64,000 nucleotides of DNA from positions 3,472,001-3,536,000 of the forward strand of contig NC_047082.1 in assembly GCF_902459465.1 (NCBI RefSeq), written 5' to 3'. This stretch comes from Asterias rubens. Lineage: Eukaryota. This document shows positions 1 through 13,369 of the stretch, piece after piece. Below the pieces are notes generated by a model. That model did no database searches. It saw only the letters and a list, made by a program, of their open reading frames with translations, and was not told where the DNA came from. The position numbers were made by a program, and so were the translations under genes. Within the stretch, counting starts at the first letter, position 1. Each line of letters begins with the position of its first letter.

Positions 1-354
1 AATTTGGCGCTCGTTTTCCTCACCTGGTTTGGCTGGCCTTTTTTCTGGCAGGTGGTTAATGGATAGTCCTTGGTAGCCTGGGTGTAAAAAACTACTTCAG
101 TTCTATGCTAATTGTTTTGTGAAGATGCGGTTTGATGGGCATTACCAGCATTGAAATGCGTCTAGTATGAACAGTTGCTCGTAAAAATGGTTTGTTTAAA
201 TTTGAGATTAAACTTTGTTGCTCGATCGCTTCTTAAAAACAAATTTATGGGAGATATTTTGAGTATTGTAAATATTTTAGCATTTGAAATCAATTTTAAT
301 TTTAAATCGTTAGAGATTGTTTGCCCTTTTCCTTGTCTATAGGAATTATTTTAC

Positions 355-402
355 ATATATATATATTTTACATATATGTATATTTTACATATATATATAT
401 AT
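355..402. repeat. (TA)n-rich microsatellite
   Basis: TA dinucleotide run with repeated tattttacatata. Confidence 0.85.
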
Positions 403-404
403 TT

Positions 405-490
405 GAAACGTCGAGGGTGACACCGGCTCTTTTCAGAGCCAACACTCCAACAAAAGAGATTTACACATGCAAGTTTACTATTTATTTAGA
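405..490 (+). mobile_element. Penelope-like element (PLE) terminal fragment beginning at the GAAACGTC half of a hammerhead motif
   Basis: GAAACGTCGAG...GGCTCTTTTCAGAGCC...AAAAGAGATTTA, homologous to 39171-39260 and 26953-27058. Confidence 0.55.
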
Positions 491-799
491 GTTTCTTCAA
501 ACTCTATCATGCTAGTTCTTTGACATCTCACTCTTGATAGTACGATAGTACTACTGGAGCAATAGAGAAACCCCAAGATCATCTCAACTGGAAAATTGAT
601 GTGATGTCAAGGTACTTTTGTAATTCAATTAGATTACAATAGAATCAAAGTGGCGGTACAAACCATAGAGCTAGGACCCTACAAATTGCCTGCTTGTTCA
701 CCCCCTCAAGGTTGTGTTCTGCTGATCAGAGAGACGTCTCAGATCACTGGTCATCTCGGGTTATTGGATTGTGTGGACATGCACTTGATCAATACATAA

Positions 800-1215
800 T
801 GTGAATCATCTATCGGGAGGTACCTGTGCGCATTTTAAATTTTGTGTGAGTCGTTGGTTGAAACATTGCATGCGTGAATCCTCTCGGGAGATACCTGTGC
901 GCATTTTAAATTTTGTGCGAGACATAGGTTGAAAATAGAGAAACTGCGCAAAATAATGTAGATGGATTTAAATAAATGTGTTTATAGAGCGGTTTTAAAT
1001 GATTCCAGTGTAGATGAGGCACGGATGTGAACGGGAAGATTGTTCCAAAGAGTGGGAGTGGCGATTGAGAAGGAGCGGTTTCCATAGCGAGTGCGGGGGA
1101 TAGGACCAGAGTTGAATTCCAGGTGGGCGGTAGATGATGATCGGAGAATGATAAAAGTACATTGCTATGTGTGAATCCCCTCGGGAGGTACCTGTGCGCA
1201 ATTGGATAGAGAAAC
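800..1215. repeat. Three copies of a ~30-50-bp motif (gtgaatc..tcgggaggtacctgtgcgca) around the LINE fragment
   Basis: Copies near 801, 874 and 1171. Confidence 0.7.
958..1149 (-). mobile_element. 5'-truncated L2/CR1-group LINE, ORF2 C-terminal fragment
   Basis: Minus-strand translation ILRSSSTAHLEFNSGPIPRTRYGNRSFSIATPTLWNNLPVHIRASSTLESFKTAL*THLF matches the typical LRSS..YG.R.FS...P.LWN.LP..IR....FK..LKTHLF end of L2-type ORF2. One stop codon. Confidence 0.85.
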
Positions 1216-2680
1216 TGTGCAAATAAATTATGATAAAAGTACATTGGAATAAATTACAGGCTCAAATGCACACTTATGCACTTTTGCACTCTTTAGGGTT
1301 GAGATGTCAGAACGCGTACTTCTTATAAATGTGTTGAGGGAATTCTTTTCCAGTTGAATGAGGTTTTGATTGATTGGTTTTATATGAAGAGACAGTTGTC
1401 TCTTTTTCTATTGGAAGATTCAAAAACGGTTATACATCCAGTTTATAATTGTATGTACCGAGCTCTTGTTGCCTGATAGATGAAATCTTCCTCCTGTCAT
1501 TAGGGAATCTTTTTGAGTATCTCTGTTTCTTAAAGAGAGCTCTATCCATGAGCCACCTCTATCTATGTTTTAACATAGTTAAAACTTCTATTGCGCGTTA
1601 ATCTTAATGGTTATACATTATTATGTTACGGTAGTTATATAAATACATGTGATGAGTTTAACCGTTGTCGAAATGACTGTAAGTTTAGACTTTTTAAGTC
1701 TCGATAAGAAATTTCTCTTGCTCAGCGAATCTCGATTCTGTGTAATTGTTTTATGACCGTAGACACCCTTCTGCAATCCTACCAACCACTTCGACAATAT
1801 GTCCAATTGTACTCCAAAGTATTGAAATCTGACAGTGGTCATAAATTACAATATGATTTTCCATGAGATTATTGTATGCGTTAAGTCTCAAGGGGAAACT
1901 GTGTTTTGTTCTGCGGTTCTTACTATTGGCAGGGGGTCTGCTTCTTAAAGTTAAATAATCTGGAAATTCTATTTGACGAACAATTGCCCACATATGTATT
2001 ATAAGTTGACTATTTCCACCATGTTGCGACCAACAATGCCCCAATTATACACACCTGGAGGGCACTGGAGTTCTCACTTTGCACTTTTCTTTATCTAAAC
2101 TCTCCACACTTCTGTTTTAATCGTTAACAATTTGCCGCCGATAATTTCACATGGGAAATCTTTATATGGAAACACCCCATGTGGTTCTTGCAGTTAAAAC
2201 CATGGATCAAATTGGCCCGTTTCCGGTGTGGGCAAGGAAAGGTCGAAGGTCATTATAAATCTTACCTGTATATAATAACCGAGTTATTAAACCATATGTG
2301 ATCAACTTAACTTGTCATAGGATGGGGTTTCAAACAAATTGTTTGCCTCACCCGTTTTTCCAATCTTTTTTTTTTAGCGAGAATGTACTTTAGGCGTAAA
2401 TCTAAACTTTACACATCAGGTTAACTTGATCACTATTTGATTCGTTTTACGGCATCAAATTGCAAAAGAAAGACACGCCAACTGAAGGTACTTTCAAACA
2501 AAAAATGACATCTCAAATTGGAACCGGGTTGGGTTGATCTAGGTTTGGATACAAATGGGATGTCGCCAAACCAGATTTAGTTCTCGTTAGTTACTAATAC
2601 TACACCGTACTACACACAACTACAACCATGTTATGTGTTTAAAGGGCCTTTAAACATAACCATTGGTTGTAGTTTTGTAA

Positions 2681-3049
2681 AGGCAATGGGCACCTTTGGT
2701 TATTGTCAAAATAAAGCAGTATTCCCACTTGGTGTATATCATCATCTGCATATTAAAATCGGTGAACATTTTTACTCAATTGGTCATCAAAGTTGCAAGA
2801 GAATAATGAAAGAAAAACCACCCTTGTTGCACAAATGTGTGTGCTTTCAGATGCCTTATTAAGGTTCAGGGCTGAAGTCTGTTAATATTTAAGTAAGAAA
2901 ATACCTGTTTCTCAAAAACTACGTTACTTCAGAGTGAGCCATTTCTCACACTGTTTTAATAAACCATTAACAGCTCTCCATTGCTCGTTACCAAGTAAGT
3001 TAGTATGCTAACAATTATTTTGAGTAATTACCAATGGTGTCTAGTGCCT
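2681..3049. mobile_element. Kolobok/T2-type MITE family A (subfamily with TTCAGG(C)CTGAAG hairpin), diverged
   Basis: Degenerate TIRs aggcaatgggcac / gtgtctagtgcct-TTAA, internal homology to other family A copies. Confidence 0.8.
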
Positions 3050-3519
3050 TTAACTCCGATTGAACTAATGAAAGTACCGACCCATGAACCAAACAGCAGT
3101 CAGTGTAATTTAAGCTGATGTTATTATCCGGTGTAGTTATCTCAAATGTCCGATTCTTAGTTATCCTGTCTGGCGCTCTAATCACCAACTTTAATAATGA
3201 GGGTATGCTGAAGGGAGATGATGTCATGCCTATATTTAGTCAATCTCTACCATAACTGTTTAGGCACATTTTTACATACAATAGTGGCTCATTGTCCCAT
3301 TGCTGCTAGGAAATATAAAGTCGTGTTTGGCAAAACTCGTTTGTAAATTCCAGTATTATTTGCTGCTTCATGAAGTTTATTTAAATGAAGTAGATAGGCC
3401 TAAATGTGTCGTATTGAACATGATGCAGTTTCTAGCAAATATTGTATGCAAACATAGTATTCTTGTTTAGCAACGAGTATTAGCACGCACTAATTCATGT
3501 ACATAACCAAGGCAGTGTC

Positions 3520-3692
3520 GGGCCTGTATGCTTCGTTTTTGAAAGGGCAATGACACCAAGGCATTTTCTCCTTTGTGAAGGGCACACTATGTGGAAATTG
3601 TACATCTCTACTGGAGCATTTCAATGGCACCAAGGCAATGACCAGGGGGCATGGAGGCAATCGCATTCGTTGTCTCCGTGAAGTATATCAGG
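3520..3692 (-). mobile_element. Short interspersed family E (~180 bp)
   Basis: Reverse complement of 11752-11933 (cacggaggcaacgaa.gcgattgcctccatgccccctggtc...). Confidence 0.85.
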
Positions 3693-3697
3693 AGCAC

Positions 3698-4065
3698 CAT
3701 TTTTGAAAGGGCAAGGACACCCTAAGAGGAAATGTTAAATTTCTATTGGAGCATTTCAAGGGCACCAAAAAAATGACCAGGGCCCAATTTCATGGAGCTG
3801 CTTAAGCAAAAAATGTGCCTAAGCACGAAAATAGCCTGCTTATTTTATACATGTTACTTGCCAAAACTTCATGCCATATACATTGCTTGTAACTGGTATT
3901 TAGCTGTTTACTTTAGCATAACAATTGAGTGGAGTCTTTGCCCGTAATCTGGTTTTACTAAGCAAGGATTTTTTTGCTTAAGCGAAATGTTGTGCTTAAG
4001 CAGCTCCATTCCCAGGGGGCATGGAGGCAATCGCCTTCGTTGCCTCCGTGAAGTACATCAGGCCT
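3698..4065 (-). mobile_element. Second family E copy interrupted by family F (3781-4011)
   Basis: ...aatgaccag | F | ccagggggcatggaggcaatcgcc... Confidence 0.8.
3781..4011. mobile_element. MITE family F
   Basis: ggcccaatttcatggagctgcttaagc terminus, right end truncated. Confidence 0.85.
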
Positions 4066-4699
4066 GCAGTGTGATATAGGCGCTGTTCACCCAAGGTGTT
4101 CGTCTTAAAGTTGAGACTCTGAACATGCTTGTGATTCCAGTTTCATCATTTATTAGAAAATCAGCTTCCTCTTGAGTATTGTACGCCGCCAACCCGTCGT
4201 GTCAGCCCGGCACACCACTTGACTCCTTCCAGCGTGGCTGAAACATCCAATCAATATCACCTATCTGATTTCTCCATGTTAGAGTCGGCTTCTTCTCCGT
4301 GGCATTGATGTGTTTTTATTAAAATCTAAATAGAGTCAATAACCTTTCAAGTGTTGAACCTTGAGTGAGCGACTCGTGCTTTGCCGCTGTGTTTTAGTCA
4401 CTACGATTACATTGGACGTATCTCCTTTTACCTGTGGACTGGAACAATCTTTCAAATTCGTATTAGGCCTAGATTGAGGCGTCCCTGGTTAAAGGGGGAT
4501 CCAAAATAAAATGTGATTTTGTTAAGAATGAAATGAAATCTCATTCTCTTGGTTTCGATGCAAACACCACATAACCCATCTGTGAATAGGTTCGTCGTGA
4601 CGTTGAGTGAAAAATGGGGGTTGGGTCTGTCAGGATTTGTTCACGTTTAGCCTATGGTGTCCATGTTTGCCATTTGGCGATTAGTCTGGTAAGCTCAGT

Positions 4700-4826
4700 A
4701 AGGGAAGGGAAAGCAGTTATTCCAACATTTATCAGTTTGAAGATGATTGCTACGATCGTGAAGAGGAAGCCAGTGGAGTTAAGCAGGAGAGAACTTCATT
4801 TGGGCTTGAAAACAAGACGCTGCCTA
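4700..4826 (-). mobile_element. Highly degraded L2-type LINE ORF2 fragment
   Basis: Minus strand shows ..RLVFK.., LHWLPLHDR and, after a frameshift, IIFKL, resembling AARL....LHWLP...RI.FK. Confidence 0.45.
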
Positions 4827-5569
4827 CTGAATGAAACGTAATTAATCTATAACATAAACCCTTCCAATGTCCACGATTAACCCTACCAATGTCCACCATT
4901 TACGTCACCGGGTATAAAACACCTCATTTACAAAGCTTAAAGTGAATGCATGTTCCTACAATTCCGAATACTTGTTCACTTCACTACCATCTTAAAGTTG
5001 TAAAATCCTTAATAAAAAACCTACTACAATTAGACCCTCTGTGAATAGAATTCAGTGTATACATGTACCCCTTCTATGCTCTTACCCCTACTTGAATACC
5101 CCCCGAAGTTACAGTAGAATGATGGTGTCTTCCTGTTTTCTAAACATAGCCATTTAACAAGGGGGCAATTTGCTTCTTATCAGCTCAGTCACGTTAATAC
5201 TTACATGAGATCCTCCCCCTCAGGGCTGGCAACACAAAAAAGAGCATTAGAAGTTTGTTAACAGTAACACAACACAATGAGATCGTTGTACAATACTTCA
5301 TGTCCTCTTAAAGGTGGGTTAATGAAGGTGCTTTGAGTCCAACTACACACATGATGTTGGTAATTACAGGTGGAAGGAACTAACTGGTACATCCTTATGT
5401 TTGCATCTACAAGAACATTGATGAAGGGACAAAACTCAGGGAGCAAGAGGGTGATGGGAGCGTCAGTCGAGAAGTAGAAATCCCGTAGGATGAGTTTGAA
5501 AAACGAATACTTTGATGTGCTGGGTATAACCATGGATGGTGTACAGTAGGCCTACCAGCTGAGATTACT

Positions 5570-5706
5570 CTAAGGCCGTGTCCGAAACGACGACTTTGGC
5601 TACAGCTACGTCTAGATCAGCGCGTCTACCAGTGTTGAAGACTAGGCAGACGCGCGCGATCTCGCCGTAGCTGTAGCCGAAGTCGCCGTTTCGGACACGG
5701 CCTTAG
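5570..5706. mobile_element. Small MITE with ~38-bp TIRs
   Basis: ctaaggccgtgtccgaaacgacgact..ggctacagctac / gtagctgtagcc..gtcgccgtttcggacacggccttag. Confidence 0.85.
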
Positions 5707-6042
5707 TTCTTGTAATGTGCCAGTGATGCTTTTTTTCCCAAACAAATTGTGTTTTACAAGAACACCGAATAAGAGAAAACCCGGGGAGCAAGAGGGTGAT
5801 GGGATATTTTAGTATCGTGCTATGGTCGAGTAGTGAACATCCCATTGTATTGTAGGATGAGTTTAATAACTGATTTTTAACTTGATGTTAGTGATTGATG
5901 TAATGTGCCGGCTTAGAATTCTGTATCTTGTAATGTGCCATACTGATGCAATTATTTTGTGATTTGTCCAAACTGTACAAACGTCGGTTCTAAAACTTTG
6001 ACTTGTAACGACTTAGGCCTATACATAAAATAGTGGCCTCTT

Positions 6043-6290
6043 ATATATCGGTTATATCCGTCACTCAGTGACGCTCATGGCGCTTTAACATTCAAGATAT
6101 ACCTGTATGTGACCTACTCCTTTTTGAAATAGCACCTTGTAATGGTTTACAAGGTGCTCTGGCGCAACATGCAGCCAATCAAACCAGTAACATTGGGGCG
6201 AACCCCCTTCTCTTTTCGATGAAGGGCACTGTTTTGTTTACACAACACACGGGACCAATGGCTATACGTCCCATCCGAAGGAAACTCTTT
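6043..6290 (-). mobile_element. Same SINE family, 3' part
   Basis: Reverse complement of the body and tail of 16958-17309. Confidence 0.8.
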
Positions 6291-6451
6291 CACAGTTATT
6301 ATTTTGGAGCGATTCGTGATAATTCTGACATCTTCTTTTTCGTTTGTTCTCTTGACCAAGGTGAACATTGAATATAATTAAATTGGTGACTTACATACGC
6401 CGGTACATAATCTGTGTGTTTTTATGTACGTTGAGTCAAACATGGAGTTAA

Positions 6452-6826
6452 AGGCAGTGGACACTATTGGTAATTACTCAAAATAATTATTAGCAACCTT
6501 TCTTGGTGACAAGTAATGGGGAGAGGTTGATGGTATAAAACATTTTGAGAAACGGCTCCCTCTGAAGTGCGAAAGTTTTGGAGAAAGAAGTAATTTTCCA
6601 CGAATTTGATTTCGAGACCTCAAGTTTAGAATTTTAGGTCTCGAAATCAACCATCTAAACGCAACCAACTTCGTGTGGCAAGGGTGTTTTCTCCTTTCAT
6701 TATTATCTCGCAACTTTGATGACCGATTGAGCTCAAATTTTCACAGGTTTGTTATTTTATGCATATGTTGAGATACACCAACTGTGAAGGCTAGTCTTTG
6801 ACAATTACCAATAGTGTCCACTGCCT
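6452..6826. mobile_element. MITE family A, full-length
   Basis: TTAA-AGGCAGTGGACACTATTGGTAATT ... AATTACCAATAGTGTCCACTGCCT-TTAA. TTAA TSD with AG termini is typical of Kolobok/T2 MITEs. Confidence 0.92.
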
Positions 6827-7991
6827 TTAAAAACGTGGCAATGTTTCGTAAACCTTATTGTGTTGATGCGTGACCTAAACATGTAGGAAAGAATGTTCCT
6901 TCGTCCATGATCTAATAAGATACGATCTACGCCACATGAGTCTCTCTTTAGACGACAAATCATGCTGAGACTGTCTGATCTTAAACCGCGGTGTGTTTTG
7001 AAACATATCATTAATAATGCCTCAAAACCCTAACAATTAATGAAGATCTTTTAATCCCTAATCCAAAGCATTGCTTAATCAGCCGCCTTTTGACATGTAA
7101 TCTCGGATTACTGGGGATTAGTGACGTGTTACCTGGTCCCTGGATTTAACGAATTAGCGCCCCAATACTGCACCCCTTTGCACCCTCTATATTCCATGTG
7201 ACAAAATCACCTCTTGAAACATGCAAACCCTTAATGCTCTTAGCATCTTCATCCCGTAACACTTGTAAGTGTAGCTTTCAAATTTAAATCTCTCAGAGGG
7301 AATTTTAGACTATAGGAATGTGAAGAGAGAGAACGAGGGGGGTTAGAAAATCGGGGCGTATTAAGTCAAGAGTTTATCTCCCTTTAGGAAAATGCATCAC
7401 AGGTGGTAGGATTCTCAGAGTAAACTAGTCTTGTCTAGAATGAAACAAACAGCTGTGTGAATTACCACGCATCCTGTCTCATGAGGTCAGATAAAGAATA
7501 CGTTGGACTGATAGGGCCACATGTTGATTGAAAAACCACAAAAGGTTTTATCCATGTTATGAACCTTGTGAAGTGATAACAGTGCAACGTCCCTGGATTG
7601 ACGTTATGTTCATTTTGTTGATCGATGTATTTAATGAGTATAGTGTGGATAAGATATCAAGATTTTTGAAAGATAGCAAGATTTTTGAAAGTAACGGTTT
7701 TTCTCAATCATGCAAGCTATGAGTATTTTTAAAACTGTGCTAAAAGTGAATCTCTCTCCCTCTCTAGTCGACCGAGATCGGAATCAGGTTGAGATTGACC
7801 CATCCTTGTCTATCTCTCATTGAGTTCGGAAGATCAGTTGGAACATGGATGTATTGGAACATGGAGGAATAAATTTATTCATCCATGATTGGAAGCACCC
7901 CGATATGTCCATAGAAACTAATTTTTATAGCTGAGCTTCTGTCTTACCCTGAAAGTGAATATACAATTTGGACTGTTTCGATTTTGTACAA

Positions 7992-8092
7992 GTGGCGGTT
8001 AAGCGCGGTGGTGTGTCTTGCATTGACTTCCACATGTGGTAGCCGGTTCGAGTCCCACCGGGGGCACTATGTGAATACTTCTTCATTGTCTA
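7992..8092 (+). mobile_element. Head of the second SINE family
   Basis: GGTTCGAGTCC (8045-8055) followed by caccgggggcactatgtg, as in 11050-11212. Confidence 0.7.
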
Positions 8093-8685
8093 CTCCCTTC
8101 GTCATTCCCCCTCAATTAAAACCTTTAAAAAAACCAAGTCCTCCAACATTAATTGAACTCATGGTTAGGGAAATTTATTCCAACACAACTGACTCTGTCT
8201 TAGCATGGAGGAAGTGTCTTAGCTTGAGTCTTGGTATACTAAACGCATCCTAGAGTCTCCAGACATTTGGTTAGTGTGGGGGGGGGGGTAAACCATTGAG
8301 TGAAGAACTGAGATGGATTCCAGAAAGAATGAGGCATATCACACTTAAATAGTTTTTTTTTTACTTAAATGGTTTTAGAGGGAGGAAATTAAGTTGACTT
8401 TTGGGTAAGCGAACGCACGTCTCACCCCACCCTCTTCTTGATGCATCTGGAATGTCTTAATCTGTTTAAAGAACTTCGACCATAACAGAGAAACATGGGT
8501 CAATATTGGGCCTCATGCACTTGTTGGTGAACTTTGTAAAACCTTTCCCCCAGATGGCATAACAACGAAGTCCGTCTGGTGTTCTAAGTTGGGCGTTACA
8601 CGTAAATCTAATTATGTGTGTCGAGATGCGTTTAGCATTGTTTTCTGCTGTGTAACTTGATTATTGGGTACAAATCAACATAGAG

Positions 8686-8783
8686 TTGTTGTTGTTGTTA
8701 ATGTTGTTGTTGTTGTTGTTTAAGTTGACGTTGTTGCTGTCGTCGCCCCTGCCGTTGCTGCTGTTTTTGTTCGTTCTTGTGTT
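8686..8783. repeat. Degenerate (GTT/GCT)n microsatellite
   Basis: gttgttgttgtt... running into the gap. Confidence 0.85.
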
Positions 8784-8984
8784 NNNNNNNNNNNNNNNNN
8801 NNNNNNNNNNNNNNNNNNNNNNNNNNNNNNNNNNNNNNNNNNNNNNNNNNNNNNNNNNNNNNNNNNNNNNNNNNNNNNNNNNNNNNNNNNNNNNNNNNNN
8901 NNNNNNNNNNNNNNNNNNNNNNNNNNNNNNNNNNNNNNNNNNNNNNNNNNNNNNNNNNNNNNNNNNNNNNNNNNNNNNNNNNNN
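8784..8984. other. Assembly gap (~200 N)
   Basis: Run of N, preceded by a (GTT)n-like microsatellite. Confidence 1.
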
Positions 8985-9667
8985 TGCATGTCATTAACAT
9001 GAGCATAACTATAGTGGTGAGGACAACTCAACAAAAAAAGCAATGGTTAGGTTCCATTTACATTTCCTTGATTGACATAATGGGAAGTAAGTATATGAAG
9101 GGTGCATTGAGTGTGTGAAACAGAGACGGCAGACTTTGTTTACTGATAGGAAACAGATCAACACTATCATATTCGGGGTTTAGAGAAAGGATTTAATGTT
9201 TGTATCCACACATTGCACCGTTCCCACCAAAGAACTAGACCTTCCGTTAGAAAACTTCCAGTGACCCCTCCGGCCCTCTGTGACCACCAACTCTGTTGAC
9301 CGGGCATGGTCTGTGCATACATGTACACACATGCAGCTTTGTTCGTGACTTTTGAACAAGAAACATTCGTCTCCTTTGGCAAAGCATGGCAAAGAAAGAA
9401 CCCATGGTCAGACAAGGTTTTCTTTGAATCAGAGATAATCTTCCAATGGGGAAATGCTGTTGAAAATGGCAGACTGATTCTTGTTGATAAACACTAAACA
9501 GGAAAGCAAGGATGTTCCTCTGTGTCTGATGAGGAGAGTCCATTGAGAAGCAATTTTCCTAATCTATAAGTTCTTCAAGGTTGCATCACTAGACTAGGAT
9601 CAGAGGTGGCGGTGTGGTGTGGCCTTTTGGGTGGCCTCTTGAAGAAAGTCGGCCTTTATATTCTTGA

Positions 9668-9983
9668 AGATACTGGACACTATTGGTAATTACTCAAATA
9701 GCATAAAAACTTACTTGGTAACGAGCAATGGAGAGCTGTTGATAGTATAACACATTGTGAGAAACGGCTCCCTCTGAAGTAACGTAGTTTTTGGGGTAAA
9801 TTATCACTCTACAGCCTTTTATAAGGCATCTGAAAGCACACAAATTTGTGCGACAAGGGTGTTTTTTGTTTATTATTCTCTTGCAACTTCGATAACCAAT
9901 TGAGCCAAAATTTTCACAGGTTTGTTTTGTTATGCTTATGTTGGGATACACCAAGTGAGACTACTGGTCTTTGACAATTACCA
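9668..9983. mobile_element. MITE family A, one end truncated
   Basis: Left TIR agatactggacactattggtaatt. Right TIR lost after caattacca. Confidence 0.85.
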
Positions 9984-10029
9984 TACCTTTGTATGAGCAT
10001 GGAGGTAGGGTATGAGTAAAATAAGAGTA

Positions 10030-10208
10030 CCAGGGGTGGATTTCACGAAGGTAGTCCTAACTTAGGATCAGTCCTAGGCAATGCTAAGAGATAGGACCAG
10101 TCCTAAGTTAGGACTAGTAACCCATCCTAACTTAGGACTGGTCCTATCTCTTAGCATTGCCTAGGACTAGTCCTAAGTTAGGACTACCTTTGTGAAATCC
10201 ACCCCTGG
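10030..10208. mobile_element. Foldback MITE family D (TA-flanked)
   Basis: 84-bp arms (10030-10113 and 10125-10208) with 3 differences and an 11-nt loop. TA on both sides. Confidence 0.9.
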
Positions 10209-11049
10209 TACAGTGGCTGGTTCACAACGTGACCCATCACAGTAATGGTCATCTGAGCATGGGGGCGCACTATAGTCTATAGCAGTGACTGAAGAAAATG
10301 TTAAGGCCTTGGTTCGTTTTATTTATGTTTATGAGTAAAACGATTTTCATTCCATAATCTTTGTCTGCCTTAAAACACGTTTTCTAAAGAATGGACAGAA
10401 GATCCCGTACTCCAGCATTTTAGTTCTGTATTCGTGAGCTTACTCACATGAACAAGTTGTCATATATATAACTATATAGTTGTCCTGGTAATTTGAATAC
10501 TAAATTATTGAAAAATCTAAATCTCAGAAAATTGAGACTCAGGTTTAGGGTTTAATTTGAGGGAACGTTTAGCAACGTCTATGGTTACATGCTTCGCAGT
10601 AAAGTAGCTTCAGAGTTTGGCTGATTATGGTCCCTTTGTAGAAATTATCATTTGTGTCAATTTACAAGGCGTATAGGATTAGTGAACTTGAAATACCCAA
10701 ATCAGCCATTTTGTGTATAGAAGACAAAGGATATATTCCAGAGACCCATTTTGATAAAGTGAAGGTATGTATCGGCATGCCTTCTTACACCACGGTCCTG
10801 GAAATGCTGGCAGGTGTTCCCATTCCTTCAAATTATTGACATTTATCAAATTTGTTTCATGTCAACAAAAAAGAGTTTCCGAGTGAATACAATCAAGCCG
10901 GTGGTTTGCAACACTGGAGGATAATGGGATGGGGGCAACTTGGACGGTGTTGTCAAGAGCTTCTTCAAGAATATCAAGAGATTTGGGGGATTTTGATACA
11001 AATTGTTCTCAACGCGCTTTATTAGAGCCAAACGAGAAGAGAGAAGACA

Positions 11050-11212
11050 ATTCAGACATTTCAGTTTTAGATGTGGGAGGAAAACCCCAGAGAATTATTC
11101 CAGGGAAAACCCACGCAGTCAAGTGGGGACTGAAAACCCAATCCACATAGTGCCCCCGGTGTGATTCAAACCGGGTTCCCAGAGATGGAAGGCGAGGCAA
11201 GACACCACTGCA
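11050..11212 (-). mobile_element. tRNA-derived SINE, second family (V/Meta-like central segment)
   Basis: Minus strand: B-box-like GGTTTGAATCA, then gggggcactatgtgg...gcgtgggttttccc...ggttttcctcccac. Confidence 0.75.
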
Positions 11213-11751
11213 CTAAGATGAAGTCACTGCAGTCACAGCTTAGTATGGTATGATCGCATTGTGACATTCCGTTTTGTTTCTTACACCTCTGGATGATGGG
11301 GGGGGGGGGGGGGGCATATATGAATTGGTAGGCCTAGTTATCCCACCGACGGCTACCATAGATTCTCATGAATTTAAAAATACACCATGGAGAGGAAAGT
11401 GCCATCAGATACATTTTTAAACATGAACTCCAGATATACTTTAGTATAAGGCCTATGCAATGTGAAATTCCTCAATTGATGCCATAATAAATAGTGCTGT
11501 CTTGACTTTGAACAAAATGTTTACTTGGGTTCAGCTTAGGTGCTTATCAGACAAGTTTATCAAAGGAATTTTAATCTGTTATATCAACACAAACGTCTTG
11601 AAGTTGTTTGTTTCTTAAATCATGCTGTCTTTGATTATAAGCAAATGACATTCACTTTGGAAGTGTCCATATGTAATAAGATACCAATGCCGTGGATATA
11701 TGGTTTATACTCCAAGAACCAAGTACTTTCATTCCTAAGACTTAACAAGCT

Positions 11752-11933
11752 TGATACTTCACGGAGGCAACGAATTCGATTGCCTCCATGCCCCCTGGTC
11801 ATTGCCTTAGTGCCCTTGAAATGCTCAAGTAGAAACTTACAATTTCCTCATATTTACAGGGTGCCCTTCGGCTTCACTGAGGAGAAAATGCCTTGGTGCC
11901 CTCACTCTTTCAAAAACAAACATACAAGCCCTG
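11752..11933 (+). mobile_element. Family E
   Basis: tgatacttcacggaggc ... catacaagccctg. Confidence 0.85.
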
Positions 11934-12190
11934 ACTTAATGTTTCAATATGCTTTTTTTGGAGAGCAGGGTGGGAGTAAGGGCATGAGTCATAAACTCAT
12001 ATTTTCCAGCCACTTTATTATTTGTTTTCCATGAGATGAACCGCCGCTCACCAAACTCAGAAGCTCACACATCGCGACCATTACTGCCATTGCTACATCG
12101 CACTCTAGAAAAAACCCACTTCAAAACTGAGATTTTTTTGATGAATTGCCAGTTATCCTACACGATTTCCCTCGTCCATATTGTATTTAA

Positions 12191-12527
12191 AGACAGTGGA
12201 CACTATTAGTAATTTTCAAAGGTCAGTCTTCTCACTTAGTGTATTTCAACATATGCATAAAATACCAAACCTTTGAAAATTTGAACTCAATCGGCCGTCA
12301 AAGTTGCGAGATAATAATGAAAGAAAAAACAACCTTGTCACACGAAGTTCTGTGCTTTCAGATGCTTGATTTCTAGACCTCGAATTCTAAATCTGAGGTC
12401 TCGAAATCAAATTCGTGGAAAGTTTCTCACAATGTTTTATACTATCAACAGTTCCCCATTACTTATTACCAAGTAAGGTTTTATGCTTATAGTTATTTTG
12501 AGTAATTACCAATAGTGTCCACTGCCT
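12191..12527. mobile_element. MITE family A with internal deletion
   Basis: TTAA TSDs at 12187-12190 and 12528-12531, both TIRs present. Confidence 0.9.
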
Positions 12528-13369
12528 TTAAGGCCCTTTTTTTTAATTTTTTTTTTAGAGTAGTTCACAAGAAACTTACAGAAAACTTGCAGAAAACTTA
12601 GATTATTTCTCTTTAGTTTGTTGTGTTGTATTTTTTGTATAATTTACTGTAGTCTTCACTCCACTAATGCGATTTTAAACGACTTGGATGTGGTCAAAAC
12701 ATACCATGGACAAATGGTGAAAACAAATTGCCCATTTATCTGTGTAGTCATGTCAAGAATGTCTCAAGTAAAGAACTTTGGAATTTAGGTGAAAGTGGAA
12801 ACATTTTAGCGAATTCCAACACCCGAAAGAGATAAATAAACTTCCTGGTGCGTTCAGAGCTCAATTCTTCAAATGGTACATAACAAGTTGCACTTTCCAA
12901 CATGCAGTGTTTCCTAACACAATCTAATACCAGATCCAGAATCCCCACTTTATGCCCAAATATGGACGAAGACGTGCGGACACCAGGCGTGTGCTCAGCG
13001 GTGTGCCTTCGCCAAATTTGGCCGTCTAAATTAGAACGGGTCGGTGGGGTCACATATTTGGTTCCCACTGTACACCCCCTACGCGGCCCTCACAGTGTAC
13101 CCAGGGCTCACTATTGGAGTAAATCAACTGTCGCGTGCTCGCATATCTCTGATCATTATCATATTATTATCTCCTTTTTCTTATTTTAACAAACTCACAT
13201 TTACGTGATGACCTTCGGTCACTAACTTGCTTGGGCTTTAATCTATCATACTTTAATAACAACATTGGTATCCTGGGCTGCAGGACGGGTCAGAACGAGT
13301 GATTCTCCGTAAACAAACTTTTCAGCTGCGGTAGCGTGGGTGGGCAGGCGGCACGTGCCGTGGTGTTAA

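Noticed and set aside
8686-9118. Poly-Q or poly-L ORFs spanning 8.7-9.1 kb
   Set aside because: Artefacts of a microsatellite plus the N gap.
9525-9560. Hammerhead motif at CTGATGAG
   Set aside because: No GAAA after the putative helix II. The CTGATGA matches at 35624 and 50671 lack helix II altogether.
10654-11030. Second kinase fragment (TTVLEMLAGVP)
   Set aside because: No DxWSxG, APE or DFG context and no convincing splice sites. At most an unidentified degraded ORF.
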